A stretch of DNA of 64,000 bases from Candidatus Yanofskybacteria bacterium RIFCSPHIGHO2_01_FULL_44_24 (lineage in GTDB: Bacteria; Patescibacteriota; Minisyncoccia; 2-02-FULL-40-12; GWA2-44-9). Made by a program: the position numbers and the translations under genes. The notes under the pieces are model-generated. The model was not told where the DNA came from, ran no database searches, and saw only the letters and a list, made by a program, of their open reading frames with translations. Below are positions 31,982 through 41,509 of this stretch, one piece after another. Where the stretch lies: the NCBI GenBank assembly GCA_001794215.1, contig MGJK01000020.1, forward strand, positions 1,016 through 65,015, read 5' to 3'. Each line of letters begins with the position of its first letter. Position 1 is the stretch's first letter.

Positions 31982-33301
31982 TTAGACTTGCTTGATACTG
32001 CGGCTAATAATTTCTTGAAGCTCACCCGCCTTCACCCTCTCTTGTTTCGCCGAATCCCTGTCCCGCACGGTAACCGTATCGTCCTCGAGGGTTTGGAAGT
32101 CAACGGTAAAACACATCGGGGTTCCGATTTCGTCTTGGCTATAATATCGCTTACCAATATTCCCCCTATCGTCCCAAGCGATCGGAAGTAGTGAGTGGTT
32201 AGTAGTAAGTAGTTTGTAGACGGAACGGGCCTTTTCAATTAACTGAGGCTTATTAGCTAATAGTGGAAATACCGCGGCTTTATAGGGAGCGAGCTTGGGA
32301 TGCAATTTGAGAACAACCCTGTCTCCATCTTCATGATAGGCATCACACAAAACAGCAAGAAGTGTCCGATTCAATCCAAATGTGGGTTCGACCACATGCG
32401 GCAGAAATTTTTCTCCCGTGTCTGGATCGGTATAATTCAAGTCTTGGCCGCTTTTTTCCATGTGATTTTTTAAGTCAAAATCGGTTCGATAGGCAAGGCC
32501 GTAAAGTTCTTCCTGGCCAAATGGAAAATCATATTCCAAATCAACAGTACGCTTTGAGTAATGGGCCAGGTCTTTTTTCTCAAACTCGTGAACATTGTTC
32601 TTATTAATACCGAGCATTTCAATCCAGCGATGCATTTCTTTCTTCCACATCTCAAATACATCTTCCCAGTCTGATTCTTTGATAAAATATTCAAACTCCA
32701 TTAGATCAAATTCGCGAGTGCGGAAAATGAAATTTCCCGGCGTGATTTCATTGCGAAAAGCTTTGCCTTGCGACGCAATGCCGAATGGAAGTTTTACACG
32801 GGTAGAATCAAGTATGTTTTTAAAATTTACAAACATCGCCTGAGCAATCTCGCCGCGCAAATATGACTGTGTCGAACTGTCTTCTGATGCCCCCAGACGA
32901 ACCGGGAACATAAGGTTGAATTGTTTGGCTTTAGTGAATTCTTTGTTGCCGCAATTTGGACACTGATCACCGATCTGATCAGCCCGATATCGCTGATGGC
33001 ATTTCTTGCATTCTACAAGCGGATCAGTAAAACCAGAAACATGACCAGAAGCTTCCCAGACCTTAGGATTCATGATAATGGCGGCATCAATGCCGACCAT
33101 GTCGTCCCGACTTTGAACAAAATGCTTCCACCAGAGTTGTTGAATATTATTCTTTAGTTCAACGCCCAACGGCCCGTAATCCCAAGAATTGGCCAACCCG
33201 CCGTAAATTTCCGACCCGGGAAATATAAATCCCCTCCTCTTACAGAGACTGACGATCTTCTCGAGCAGGTTATCCTGATTGTTGTTCTTAATATTCTGCA
33301 T
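31982..33301 (-). CDS. glyQS: Glycine-tRNA ligase (homodimeric type)
   Basis: CKRRGFIFP.SEIYGG, VWEASGH, FRNEITPGNFIFRTREF, AHYSKRT, IGKRY..QDEIGTP. Confidence 0.97.
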   Translation of the reverse strand: MQNIKNNNQDNLLEKIVSLCKRRGFIFPGSEIYGGLANSWDYGPLGVELKNNIQQLWWKHFVQSRDDMVGIDAAIIMNPKVWEASGHVSGFTDPLVECKKCHQRYRADQIGDQCPNCGNKEFTKAKQFNLMFPVRLGASEDSSTQSYLRGEIAQAMFVNFKNILDSTRVKLPFGIASQGKAFRNEITPGNFIFRTREFDLMEFEYFIKESDWEDVFEMWKKEMHRWIEMLGINKNNVHEFEKKDLAHYSKRTVDLEYDFPFGQEELYGLAYRTDFDLKNHMEKSGQDLNYTDPDTGEKFLPHVVEPTFGLNRTLLAVLCDAYHEDGDRVVLKLHPKLAPYKAAVFPLLANKPQLIEKARSVYKLLTTNHSLLPIAWDDRGNIGKRYYSQDEIGTPMCFTVDFQTLEDDTVTVRDRDSAKQERVKAGELQEIISRSIKQV

Positions 33302-33309
33302 AATATGCG

Positions 33310-33445
33310 CTATTTAAATTCCAAATCCCAAGCACCAAATCACAAACAATGTCTAAATCTCAAATTCTGAATCTTAAACTTTTTATAGATGGGCCATTGG
33401 AAGTTGGGACTTATTTGGAATTTGTCATTTGGTATTTGGTATTTT
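33310..33445. repeat. Heptamer tract with inverted arms (CCAAATC-type / ATTTGGA-type) upstream of glyQS
   Basis: 7-nt periodicity on both arms. Confidence 0.8.
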
Positions 33446-33465
33446 CCAATAAAAACCTCTGGTTT

Positions 33466-35190
33466 TTATTGGACGGTTCCTTCTTTGGGCCTATCGGTAA
33501 GCTCCTCGGTATTTAAATCCTTCTTTCGTATTATAACATTAAGCTTCGTAAAATTATCAGTCCCCAAGAACTGAAACTCTTCCAAGATATTCACAAAGCT
33601 TCCTCTTTGAATGCTCGATGGTTTAATTTTTACCCTGAAAACGCCCTCGTATTTAGGGGTAAAGACCCCTATCCCAAACGGTACCACAGGCAAAGACCAC
33701 GAAACTTCTTGCGTATTGGGGTTAAAAGACGGCCGCATATCATCGGGCACGGCGCTCGTTTGATCCATCCAGGAGACACCGGAAGATAGTTTGGCCTTGA
33801 CGACTGCATTGCCGATATCATTCCCGGGATTTGTGATCTGCCAATGAATTGTAAAAATCGTTTCTTCTCCGGCTCTTGGAGGCAAAGGCCCCGAAGAACC
33901 AAAAACAGGATCATTGTAATAAGCCAATTGATTTACCGTCGGCTGGGTGCCTATTTTCGTAATCGAACTTATTGAAACAGCAATCTCTTCGACATTCGAA
34001 TCGGGAAGGACATTGGGCGTATTCAGGAGCGCAATCACTTTGACAAAACGGTCGCGGGAAGAACCGCCGGAGGCAAAAGCCTGCTTAAGAGCAATTCTGA
34101 AATTAACCTGTCCCCTTGCTCCCGGACTAAGATTTATAAAATCAGGCAGAGTGCTGGCATTCCATAAAATAGTCTTAGTGGAATCGTCGAAAAACCCTCC
34201 GCCGGCATTGAGCGATGCGAAATCAAACATTTCTCCCTCAAGCTTTACACTTAAATTCAGCCCGGAGATATTGAAATTGGAATTGTTGGCATATTGGACT
34301 ACGTACCTTAAACTATCGCCCGGATAAGCTGAATATTCGCTCGATTCATTAACCGATATACCCACTCCGAGAATCGGACTGGAAATCATGGTCACCGAAG
34401 ACGCTCTTTCATAATCTACGTAAATATCTCCGATTTTTCTTTTTAGCTTCAGAGTGATCGATTTAGCCTCTCCTTCTTTTCCTTCTAAAATTCCCTGAAT
34501 CGAAATCCTCTCTCCTGAACCGCGGTCAAGCATCGGAACAATCCATGCATTATTCCCCTGATCCGGCTGAGGATCATAACTTCTGACCGAAAATCCTTCG
34601 GGATAAGCAACCTCAAAAAACAAATCGGAAATGTCCTCTCCTGAAATATTGCGATAATCGAGAATATAGGTAATCGGCTGGCCCGATGTAATATTCGGCG
34701 GAGCGACGAGAGTAAGCTCCACCGGCATAGAAACAATCGTGGTTGAAGTATTGGCCGCTTTCTCAAATGAAGACTGGAGATTGCCGGCCCTGAAAGAAAG
34801 AGTTACCTTGGCGGTCTTGATATTACCCCGATCCCCGACGATAAAAACCTTTATTTCCTTCTCGCCCTTCTGCCCGGGAGCCAATTCTTCCACTTCAAAA
34901 CCTTCAGTATCTCCTTCAACGGTTAGGCCGTCTTTGATGAACGTCGCTCCTTCGGGATAGAAGAACAGAAAGTTAAGACCATGAAGAGTAGTCTTAGTCG
35001 CATTGGCATATTTTATCTTATAGACAACCTCGTCTCCGGCCGAAGCCTGAAGAGGGCTTTCAAGCTCAAGCTTAACGTCTTTCTCGCTAAAAGAACTTTT
35101 GCCACCGAACCAAAAAGAAGATATGGCAACAACCAGCAGAAGAGCGGCGAATAAAATAAGGTATTTTAGGGCTTTGTTGGCGAAAATCAT
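33466..35190 (-). CDS. Membrane-anchored protein with repeated DUF11-like Ig domains
   Basis: N-terminal TM; repeated GxxxxYxIxYxN motifs; GPLPPRAGEET. Confidence 0.7.
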   Translation of the reverse strand: MIFANKALKYLILFAALLLVVAISSFWFGGKSSFSEKDVKLELESPLQASAGDEVVYKIKYANATKTTLHGLNFLFFYPEGATFIKDGLTVEGDTEGFEVEELAPGQKGEKEIKVFIVGDRGNIKTAKVTLSFRAGNLQSSFEKAANTSTTIVSMPVELTLVAPPNITSGQPITYILDYRNISGEDISDLFFEVAYPEGFSVRSYDPQPDQGNNAWIVPMLDRGSGERISIQGILEGKEGEAKSITLKLKRKIGDIYVDYERASSVTMISSPILGVGISVNESSEYSAYPGDSLRYVVQYANNSNFNISGLNLSVKLEGEMFDFASLNAGGGFFDDSTKTILWNASTLPDFINLSPGARGQVNFRIALKQAFASGGSSRDRFVKVIALLNTPNVLPDSNVEEIAVSISSITKIGTQPTVNQLAYYNDPVFGSSGPLPPRAGEETIFTIHWQITNPGNDIGNAVVKAKLSSGVSWMDQTSAVPDDMRPSFNPNTQEVSWSLPVVPFGIGVFTPKYEGVFRVKIKPSSIQRGSFVNILEEFQFLGTDNFTKLNVIIRKKDLNTEELTDRPKEGTVQ

Positions 35191-35194
35191 ATTT

Positions 35195-35863
35195 TTATAT
35201 CGTCACTGCTTTTATCAGATTTAAAGAATCAAATTTCTTTTCAGCTATACCTTGGAAGATAATTTCAGATACGGAAGAGTCGTTCATTTTAATAAATATT
35301 CCCTTCTGGCCCGATAAAAAGCAGTCGGAACATAGAGCTCCGCCCAAATCCTGGCTGTAGGCTCTGTGGTTTCCGCTTGTCGGACTAAGGCACAGGCAGC
35401 ATTCGCTAAGATTAGGCGCATAGCCCATAATCTTCAAAAGTTCGGCTTGTTTTTCATGAATAAATTCAGAAAAGTCATTCTCTCCCTCTTTGACCTTTTT
35501 ATCAAGCAGTCTGAATACATTCTCGATGAACCTCCACAGCAAGGGGTCCTTTTCGTTATCAAAAACGATTTTATCGATAGCCTCAAGAAAAAAATAAGCT
35601 GCCGCTAAAGCGTTTAGGTTGGATTTAATGAATCCGTGGCCATTCTCTAATTGGGCTCCGGCTATGATAGGGGTTGCTCTTCCGCTGACAAGGTCGAAGT
35701 CAACCAAGTTGAAAAGATCGACATGCATGGCCTGAATGGATTCTTTCTTAAGACTGCCCTTGGCCATCGCCGTTAGTTTGCCGAATTCTTCGGTGTAACA
35801 GCTGATGAGCTGATCATGTTCTTTGACCGGCTGTTTTTTTATAATTATCGCCCTCGTCCTCAT
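35195..35863 (-). CDS. recO: DNA repair protein RecO
   Basis: AIIIKK..VKEHDQLISCYTEEFGKL.AMAKG, GYAPNLSECCLC...LCSDC. Confidence 0.9.
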   Translation of the reverse strand: MRTRAIIIKKQPVKEHDQLISCYTEEFGKLTAMAKGSLKKESIQAMHVDLFNLVDFDLVSGRATPIIAGAQLENGHGFIKSNLNALAAAYFFLEAIDKIVFDNEKDPLLWRFIENVFRLLDKKVKEGENDFSEFIHEKQAELLKIMGYAPNLSECCLCLSPTSGNHRAYSQDLGGALCSDCFLSGQKGIFIKMNDSSVSEIIFQGIAEKKFDSLNLIKAVTI

Positions 35864-36435
35864 TTGATCATTTTTAGTAATTCCCTCAAAACAACGGGCA
35901 ACTCTATTATCCCGTCGTCTTTATCAAAATGCCCCTTATGGCCGTCCAAAATGGTTTTGGCCCCGAGATTTTCTTCAAAAAGAGTTTTATTTTCTAAATC
36001 GACATAGGGGTCGTTTTCAGAAAAAACCGCAACCAAACTATGAGCATGCCGTTTAACTTTTTCAAAATTAATAATTCTTTCCATCCATGGCTTGGCTATA
36101 TCCCAGTCTTCTTCGGTAGTAAGATTTTTCAGCTTAAACCACCCGGCCACAAACACGCATCCGCCTACCTTGATATCCTCCGGCAACTTCTCAAGATATC
36201 TCATTATCGCCTGACTACCGCTTGAATGTCCGACAAAGTAAGTGTTCTTATCCGGAGAATCAATCAGATTTTCGAGAAACTGAACCCAGACTTCTATCTT
36301 CGGGTAGTCAGGATCCGGCATAGCCGGGGCAAAAACTTCGAAGTCTTTTTCCTCAAGCTGCTTCCGGATCCAAGGGAACCAAGCCTCGTCAGGTCTCCCC
36401 GCCCAACCATGAATTATATAGACTCTCTTAGCCAT
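35860..36435 (-). CDS. RBBP9/YdeN-family alpha/beta hydrolase
   Basis: IIHGW, WFPW, VGHSSG, SENDPYV, GHF. Confidence 0.9.
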   Translation of the reverse strand: MAKRVYIIHGWAGRPDEAWFPWIRKQLEEKDFEVFAPAMPDPDYPKIEVWVQFLENLIDSPDKNTYFVGHSSGSQAIMRYLEKLPEDIKVGGCVFVAGWFKLKNLTTEEDWDIAKPWMERIINFEKVKRHAHSLVAVFSENDPYVDLENKTLFEENLGAKTILDGHKGHFDKDDGIIELPVVLRELLKMIK

Positions 36436-36439
36436 GTGT

Positions 36440-36628
36440 CTATTTTGCCATATTTAACAGCTCTTCCAAAGCAACAGGTAAGTCCAAAACTCCATCGCTT
36501 CCGCTAAAATGACCACCGCCTTTTACAATTATAAGCTTCGCGCTCAGTCTATTCCTCAACTCTTCAGCTCTTTCCATCGGAACCCATTCATCATTATCTC
36601 CATGAATTACAAAAACTCGTTTAGGCAT
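36440..36628 (-). pseudogene. Internally deleted YdeN-family paralog
   Basis: The N-terminal MPKRVFVIHG is joined directly to the C-terminal DNDEWVP...GGHF...LP; the GHSxG nucleophile region is missing. Confidence 0.7.
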
Positions 36629-37205
36629 TGGGGTCAAATAAAAGTTTGAGTTCCTTCATTTTTTTACCATCCATTTTTGCCTCAAAAAGCTTATAAACAA
36701 TCTCTTTTTCCGCAAAGCGTTGATAGATTCCTAATTCCAAAAATTCATCGAAAGTCACCATCTTCAAAGTAATCTTTTCTCCGGCATCAAGACTAGGGTC
36801 GGAAACCCTTTTAAGATCTTTGGCTATGAACGAATATACGGCCCAATCAATTTTACTAGTTGGCTGCTGGGCATCCCAAAGAATAAACCGACCGGCAGCA
36901 TATCCGCTCTCCTCTAATAACTCTCTTTTAGCTGCCGATAGTACATCTTCGCCATCCTCAATTCGTCCGCCAGTTGCTCCTATAAACGACTCCCTCCCCG
37001 GTTGTTGCTGTTGCGTCAGAACAATTCTACCATCGGAGAGAACCGGAAAAACTACCACCGTATCCGGTCTTTTTAATTTTTCGAAAATGGTCTTAGTCCC
37101 ATCAAAAAGCTCTTGTTCCCATTGATAAACATCAAATATTTTACCGCTAAAAACCTTTGTGGCCGATTCTGGAATAGGTTGTTTTGATTCTGGTCGCTTG
37201 ATCAT
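36621..37205 (-). CDS. NUDIX hydrolase (ADP-ribose pyrophosphatase-like)
   Basis: GGRIEDGEDVLSAAKRELLEESG Nudix box. Confidence 0.9.
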   Translation of the reverse strand: MIKRPESKQPIPESATKVFSGKIFDVYQWEQELFDGTKTIFEKLKRPDTVVVFPVLSDGRIVLTQQQQPGRESFIGATGGRIEDGEDVLSAAKRELLEESGYAAGRFILWDAQQPTSKIDWAVYSFIAKDLKRVSDPSLDAGEKITLKMVTFDEFLELGIYQRFAEKEIVYKLFEAKMDGKKMKELKLLFDPNA

Positions 37206-37281
37206 TATTAAGATTAATAAACTCTTTCAAATAATTAGGTGACCTATTTGAAGCATTCGGGACCCCATCTCTTGATCATAA

Positions 37282-37487
37282 GGGTATTCGCACGGGTTTT
37301 TATCTAAAACACCAAGCGAAGCTTTAACCTATGAAGGGATTTACGGACCGCGACTGGCGGGAGTAAAAGGCAAGATTTTATCAAAAATCTATGCCGTGCC
37401 CTGAATAGGTTAAGGCGAAGCGTCTTTATATCATGCCCTTCATTGGCTAAATCCGAGTAAGATTTTATGACGCGCGCCCAATAACCC
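37282..37487. ncRNA. Candidate structured element downstream of ileS containing the covarying module (37324-37413)
   Basis: Stems 37324-37338/37399-37413, an alternative pairing with 37436-37450, and outer pairing of about 37282-37294 with 37471-37487. Confidence 0.5.
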
Positions 37488-37499
37488 AAGACTGAGCGC

Positions 37500-40400
37500 C
37501 TATTTTCTGACTCCCACCCAAATCTTTTTCTGCGGAGCCAATTCTAATTCTTTTTCTACATCGTATGCCTTAGTTCCGGTCTGACCGGCGATAAACTCTT
37601 TTAATAAAACCTCTTTCTTAATCTCCTCGGCCCATTGATTAACCGCCGCCGCCACGTCTTGGTCGTCTGAATGCCATCGGCTGAAAACTTTTTCATCCAG
37701 TCTGTATTTGGCTTCCTTTCGCATATCTTGCATCTGCCTGATCAACTCCCTCACATAACCTTCATGGATAAGCGCCGGATCAAGATCAAAATCAAGCGCA
37801 ATCTCCGCTTCTTGTTTTCTATTGTAGGCTAATTTCTTCACATTTAACTCGTCCTCAATCAAAACCTCGATGTCCTTCTGAAACTTGCCGCTTCTTTTGA
37901 TACTCGCCGAACGAATAGGCTGACGAACTTTCACCTGTTTTTCTTTTCTCAGAGCCAACCCCGCAGCCACAACATTTCGAGCTTCATCCATCTCAGCCTC
38001 CAATTTGAGGTTTATGGATTTCTTATCGGCCGATAGCCAATCGTGGAGGTGTACGCTTAAGGTTCCTGCTTTATAGCCACGATGCATTCTCCTATGGATA
38101 TCTTCGGCAAGAAAAGGAGCAAAAGGGGCTAAGATCTTGGATAAATCCAAAAGTAAAGACCTCAAAAGAACGAGGGCTTCTTTTCTTTTTCGGGAGCGTC
38201 TCAACCACCAATTAGACAGATCTTCGACGACAAATTTCTCCAGACTCCTTGAGGCCGAAGTCGGATCATACTTATCTAAATCAGACGTAACTTGGTCAAC
38301 CAAACCATTGAATTTAGAGAGCATCCATTTGTCTAATAGGTTAGAACTTGAGGCGAACGATTTGTAACTGGAGACTTCTTGCGAGTAAAGTTCGTAAAAT
38401 CTTACACAATTTTGCAAAGTAAATATAAACCCTTTAAGGCGGTCTTGGGCGCTCTTTTTACTTACGACTATGGATTCGCCTAAGGTGCTGGCGGTGTAGA
38501 AATACCAGCGAGTTGCGTCCACTCCGACTAAATCCATTATCTCATCAGGCCTGACCACATTGCCCAAAGATTTGGACATCTTCTTGCCATGCTCATCGAG
38601 GGCATGGCCGTTAACCATAACATTTCTGTAAGGAATCCCTTTGCCAAGCAATGTTGATATGGCCAATAAAGTGTAAAACCAGCCCCGAGTTTGATCGATG
38701 CCTTCTATGATGTAATCTGCCGGAAACTGATCTTTGAATGTTTTTGTATTTTCAAAAGGCCAGTGCCATTGGGCGTAAGGCATCGCTCCGGAATCAAACC
38801 AGACATCGATAAGGTCAGGAACTTTTTTCATAACTGCTCCGCATTTCTGACACTTGATGGAAATTTTATCGATAAATGGCCGATGAAGATCTAATTCTCC
38901 ATATTCATTTCGAGGAAGTGATTTCCATTCTAACGGTTCGAGCGAAGCCAAAGGAGGATACCAGCCTTTTTGCCTGTTTTCCAAAATTTCTTTTTGATCT
39001 TTTCCGGAGGCCATATTGTACAGGAGCCAAAGAGGATCTCCGTGTCCGACGATAAGTATCCGCTTTCCCGAATATTTAGATTCCAGATCGTTAATGAAAT
39101 CCTCCGTCCTCTTTCTGACATCGTTCCAGCTTTCTCCGTCGGGATGAGTTTTAAAATTAAAATCTGGTCTTAGGTCTTTAACCGGACAAAGCCTGTGGGC
39201 TTTGTCCTCGCAGCTTACGCCGTGAACTATTTCTGCAAGCCTTTGATCTTCTTCTACTTTCACATGGATTAGTCTGCCGATAATTTCTGCCGTTTCTTTG
39301 GTACGCATGAAAGGAGAGGTGAAAATGATATCCGCCCCGCCCTTTCGGTCAAGTTCTTTGGCGGCCTTTTCAACCTGCTTTTTCCCAATCGAAGTAAGCA
39401 GGTACTTGTCTGATTTCAACACGGAACTGATTATCATTTTCCCCGATTCATCCCGAGTAGTACTGCCGTGCCGAATAATATAGTATGTATTTTTCCGGCC
39501 TATCGCCCTGCTTTCAATTTCCTTAACCGAACCCAAAACTTCATGGCTCTGGCACTTTACACATTCCCAAACCGGCAACGGAGTACCCCAGTACCGTTCC
39601 CGGGAAAAAGCCCAATCCTTTCCTTCTTTGAGCCACTGGCCGAATCTCCCCTCTTTTATATGCTCGGGAATCCAATTAACCTTGGAGTTATCCTTGATCA
39701 GCTGATCCCGGACTGCCGATATTTTTATAAACCAGGAGCTCTTGGCGTAATAAAGGAGCGGGGAATGGCATCGCCAGCAGAACGGATAATCATGCTCGTA
39801 CTCCTCTTCTTTCAAAAGAGCGTTTTTTGCCTTGAGACTGTCCATTATTTTCTGGGTGGTTTTTTCTTCGGTCGGCTTGTCTTTGTGTTTTACGATCATC
39901 CCGTCAAAGTCCTTCCCCACGCCGGTGAATCTCCCCTGCTCATCAACAGTATGAAATTTGGGCAGGCCTAATTTTGTTCCAAGGACATAATCGTCTTCTC
40001 CGTACATCACGGCCGTATGGACCACGCCCGTACCGTCATCGGTAGAAACAAAATCAGCTTCATAAACTTTATAGGAAGTTTTTGATTTCAGCTCTTTGAT
40101 ATCGAAAAGGGGCTCGTACTCTAAACCAACCAGGTCGCTGCCCTTGAATTTGGAGTCGTGAATTTTCAATCCAGGATCGGCCCTGAAAACTTTCTCAACT
40201 AAATCCGAGGCGAGAATATATCTCTCCCCCTCTTTCTCGACAACTGCATATTCGATGTCCTTGCCCACCGCTAAAGCAACGTTACCCGGAAGCGTCCAGG
40301 GCGTGGTTGTCCAAGCCAGAATATAAGTCATTGCCGGAGACAACTCCTTAATTTTTAGTTTTAAATTTTTAATTTTAAACTTAATAATAACCGACCTGTC

Positions 40401-40985
40401 TTTTACTTTTTCATATCCCTGAGCAACCTCATGCGAAGAAAGCGGAGTTCCGCATCTGACGCAAAAAGGCAGAACCTTATGGGCGCGGTACAGTAGCTTT
40501 TTTTTCCAAATTTGCTGAATGATATACCAGAGAGTTTCTATATAATTATTCTCATAAGTTATATAGGGGTCTTTCATGTCAAGCCAAAAACCCATTTTCC
40601 GGGTCATGGCCTCCCATTCTTCTTTGTATTTCCATACGCTTTCTCTGGCTTTCTTGTTGAATTTCTCGATTCCATAGTTCTCGATGTCTTTTTTGCTTTT
40701 GAACCCAAGTTCTTTCTCGATTTCGATTTCAACCGGCAAACCATGAGTATCCCAGCCCGCCTTTCTTAAAACAAAAAATCCCCGCATAGTTTTATAGCGG
40801 CAATACAGGTCCTTATAAACCCGAGTCAAAAAGTGTCCGATATGAGCCCTCCCGTTAGCAGTCGGCGGTCCTTCAAAAAAAACGAACCTCTTGCCCTTCC
40901 GGCGCAGATCTAAAGACTTTTTAAAAATATCGTTTTTATGCCAAAAATCGAGTGTTTCCGACTCAACTCTCTTGAAATCATACAT
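37500..40985 (-). CDS. ileS: Isoleucine-tRNA ligase (type 2) with inserted histidine-phosphatase domain
   Basis: EGPPTANG..HIGH, GWDTHGLP, WTTTPWTL, SRERYWG, EGIDQTRGWF, KMSKS, C-terminal EGYVRELIRQMQ..RK. Confidence 0.96.
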   Translation of the reverse strand: MYDFKRVESETLDFWHKNDIFKKSLDLRRKGKRFVFFEGPPTANGRAHIGHFLTRVYKDLYCRYKTMRGFFVLRKAGWDTHGLPVEIEIEKELGFKSKKDIENYGIEKFNKKARESVWKYKEEWEAMTRKMGFWLDMKDPYITYENNYIETLWYIIQQIWKKKLLYRAHKVLPFCVRCGTPLSSHEVAQGYEKVKDRSVIIKFKIKNLKLKIKELSPAMTYILAWTTTPWTLPGNVALAVGKDIEYAVVEKEGERYILASDLVEKVFRADPGLKIHDSKFKGSDLVGLEYEPLFDIKELKSKTSYKVYEADFVSTDDGTGVVHTAVMYGEDDYVLGTKLGLPKFHTVDEQGRFTGVGKDFDGMIVKHKDKPTEEKTTQKIMDSLKAKNALLKEEEYEHDYPFCWRCHSPLLYYAKSSWFIKISAVRDQLIKDNSKVNWIPEHIKEGRFGQWLKEGKDWAFSRERYWGTPLPVWECVKCQSHEVLGSVKEIESRAIGRKNTYYIIRHGSTTRDESGKMIISSVLKSDKYLLTSIGKKQVEKAAKELDRKGGADIIFTSPFMRTKETAEIIGRLIHVKVEEDQRLAEIVHGVSCEDKAHRLCPVKDLRPDFNFKTHPDGESWNDVRKRTEDFINDLESKYSGKRILIVGHGDPLWLLYNMASGKDQKEILENRQKGWYPPLASLEPLEWKSLPRNEYGELDLHRPFIDKISIKCQKCGAVMKKVPDLIDVWFDSGAMPYAQWHWPFENTKTFKDQFPADYIIEGIDQTRGWFYTLLAISTLLGKGIPYRNVMVNGHALDEHGKKMSKSLGNVVRPDEIMDLVGVDATRWYFYTASTLGESIVVSKKSAQDRLKGFIFTLQNCVRFYELYSQEVSSYKSFASSSNLLDKWMLSKFNGLVDQVTSDLDKYDPTSASRSLEKFVVEDLSNWWLRRSRKRKEALVLLRSLLLDLSKILAPFAPFLAEDIHRRMHRGYKAGTLSVHLHDWLSADKKSINLKLEAEMDEARNVVAAGLALRKEKQVKVRQPIRSASIKRSGKFQKDIEVLIEDELNVKKLAYNRKQEAEIALDFDLDPALIHEGYVRELIRQMQDMRKEAKYRLDEKVFSRWHSDDQDVAAAVNQWAEEIKKEVLLKEFIAGQTGTKAYDVEKELELAPQKKIWVGVRK

Positions 40986-40991
40986 TCCGCC

Positions 40992-41020
40992 ATTATAGCT
41001 GAACTTGAGCCAAAATTCAA
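40992..41020 (-). promoter_or_regulatory. Sigma70 promoter of ileS (leaderless geometry)
   Basis: TTGAAT-17-TATAAT-6 nt-ATG. Confidence 0.75.
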
Positions 41021-41056
41021 TTTGAAAAAAGAGCCTTTTTGTGTTAAATTATTTGA

Positions 41057-41509
41057 ATGAAGAGAGCGTTATTGTATCTATCTCTCCTTTTCGCCTCAAA
41101 TGTGGTCAGCATGTACTATAGCCTCTACATCAAGTGGTGGTGGTTTGACGCGGTACAGCATTTTTTAGGAGGATTTTTCATAGCCATGCTGATAGCCTCT
41201 TACTTAAAGGACCATATGGTTTCCGGCAAAACATTTAAGAATATGCTGGTTGTCACAGGCGCTACAGCCCTCATAGGAGTATTCTGGGAATTCACCGAGT
41301 ATACGGCCAACCAAACATTGCCCGGCTGGATTTATGAGCAATTTCAAATAAAAACCTACTTCATCGGCGATCTAAAAGACACCCTGTCTGACTTATTTCT
41401 CGATATAGCAGGGGCCGCGTGCTTTTACGGCCTACATCTTCTCAACCGCAGAAATTCCCATGAGTCCAAGGCAGTTTTTGAGAACAAGATCAACGGCCCA
41501 ACAAAGTAA
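41057..41509 (+). CDS. Membrane protein (DUF2238/VanZ-like)
   Basis: WFDAVQHFLGG, GVFWEFTEY, DTLSDLFLDIAGA; its 3' end overlaps the argS 3' end. Confidence 0.7.
   Translation: MKRALLYLSLLFASNVVSMYYSLYIKWWWFDAVQHFLGGFFIAMLIASYLKDHMVSGKTFKNMLVVTGATALIGVFWEFTEYTANQTLPGWIYEQFQIKTYFIGDLKDTLSDLFLDIAGAACFYGLHLLNRRNSHESKAVFENKINGPTK

Noticed and set aside
37210-37499. T-box riboswitch for ileS
   Set aside because: It lies downstream of ileS and lacks the UGGNACC T-box.
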